From positions 32,001 to 96,000 of the IMG/VR virus record IMGVR_UViG_3300033388_005265: a DNA stretch of 64,000 nt; one strand, written 5' to 3'. Positions within the stretch are counted from its first letter, which is position 1. Each line of letters starts with the position of its first letter. The notes beneath the pieces are model-generated. The model made no database searches. It was not told the DNA's origin and saw nothing but the letters and a program-made list of their open reading frames with translations. This document shows, piece by piece, positions 63,747 to 64,000 of the stretch. The DNA is from a virus. The position numbers and the translations under genes were made by a program.

Positions 63747-64000
63747 TCACCTAATTAGCTATAAGCTATACACCATATAACTGTACCAATACATACTACT
63801 ACATACATGACAACAAATACTGGTCTAACACTAGTTTGCTTTTTCATCTCTTTCCCCTTATACTAGCATCAACAACCTTCTTAAGTATACTTGGAGTCTT
63901 ACGTATAGTAATTGAATATTTAATTGGAGTACCTGGTGATGGACTATGTCTATGCTCCCATTTACCATCATCTTCATATACTTCTAACCAGTTACCACCT

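Noticed and set aside
126-63758. Many plus-strand ORFs of 60-230 aa in the track (e.g. 2897, 4261, 10450, 18024, 42298, 61113)
   Set aside because: They are antisense shadows of well-supported minus-strand genes or tRNAs, are Ser/Phe/Leu-rich and lack SD or motifs. Only the seven endonucleases are credible on plus.
1-64000. CRISPR array, rRNA, integrase or IS transposase
   Set aside because: I saw no regularly spaced direct repeats, rRNA-like sequence or recombinase/transposase motifs by eye

Overview
This is a 64-kb slice of a large, AT-rich dsDNA phage genome, probably a jumbo phage. Almost all genes are on the minus strand and the standard genetic code is used. No structural, terminase or polymerase genes fall in the window. 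From left to right it holds: a vWA + MoxR-type AAA+ pair; a radical-SAM gene with a Ycf46/Ycf35(DUF1257)/DUF2997 triad; a nucleic-acid-binding block with a clear Whirly-family protein and an SpoVG-like protein ending in an SSB-like tail; a lytic transglycosylase; an RNA-repair-like neighbourhood (SPFH protein, N-terminally truncated RtcB, phosphoesterases, a permuted tRNA-like RNA resembling bacterial Y RNA); an ATP-dependent DNA ligase; an array of 21 tRNAs plus several atypical tRNA-like elements, interleaved with small envelope proteins including a type IV pilin-like protein resembling Geobacter PilA (suggesting a Desulfobacterota host); a 1.1-kb ORF-free, hairpin-rich region with its own promoter (candidate large ncRNA); and a long run of small early-type genes including SLOG, NADAR and DUF4326. 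Eleven free-standing endonucleases share an upstream motif. Five ORFs take their stop codon from positions 8-10 of the downstream tRNA. All family calls come from motif recognition by eye, not from database searches.
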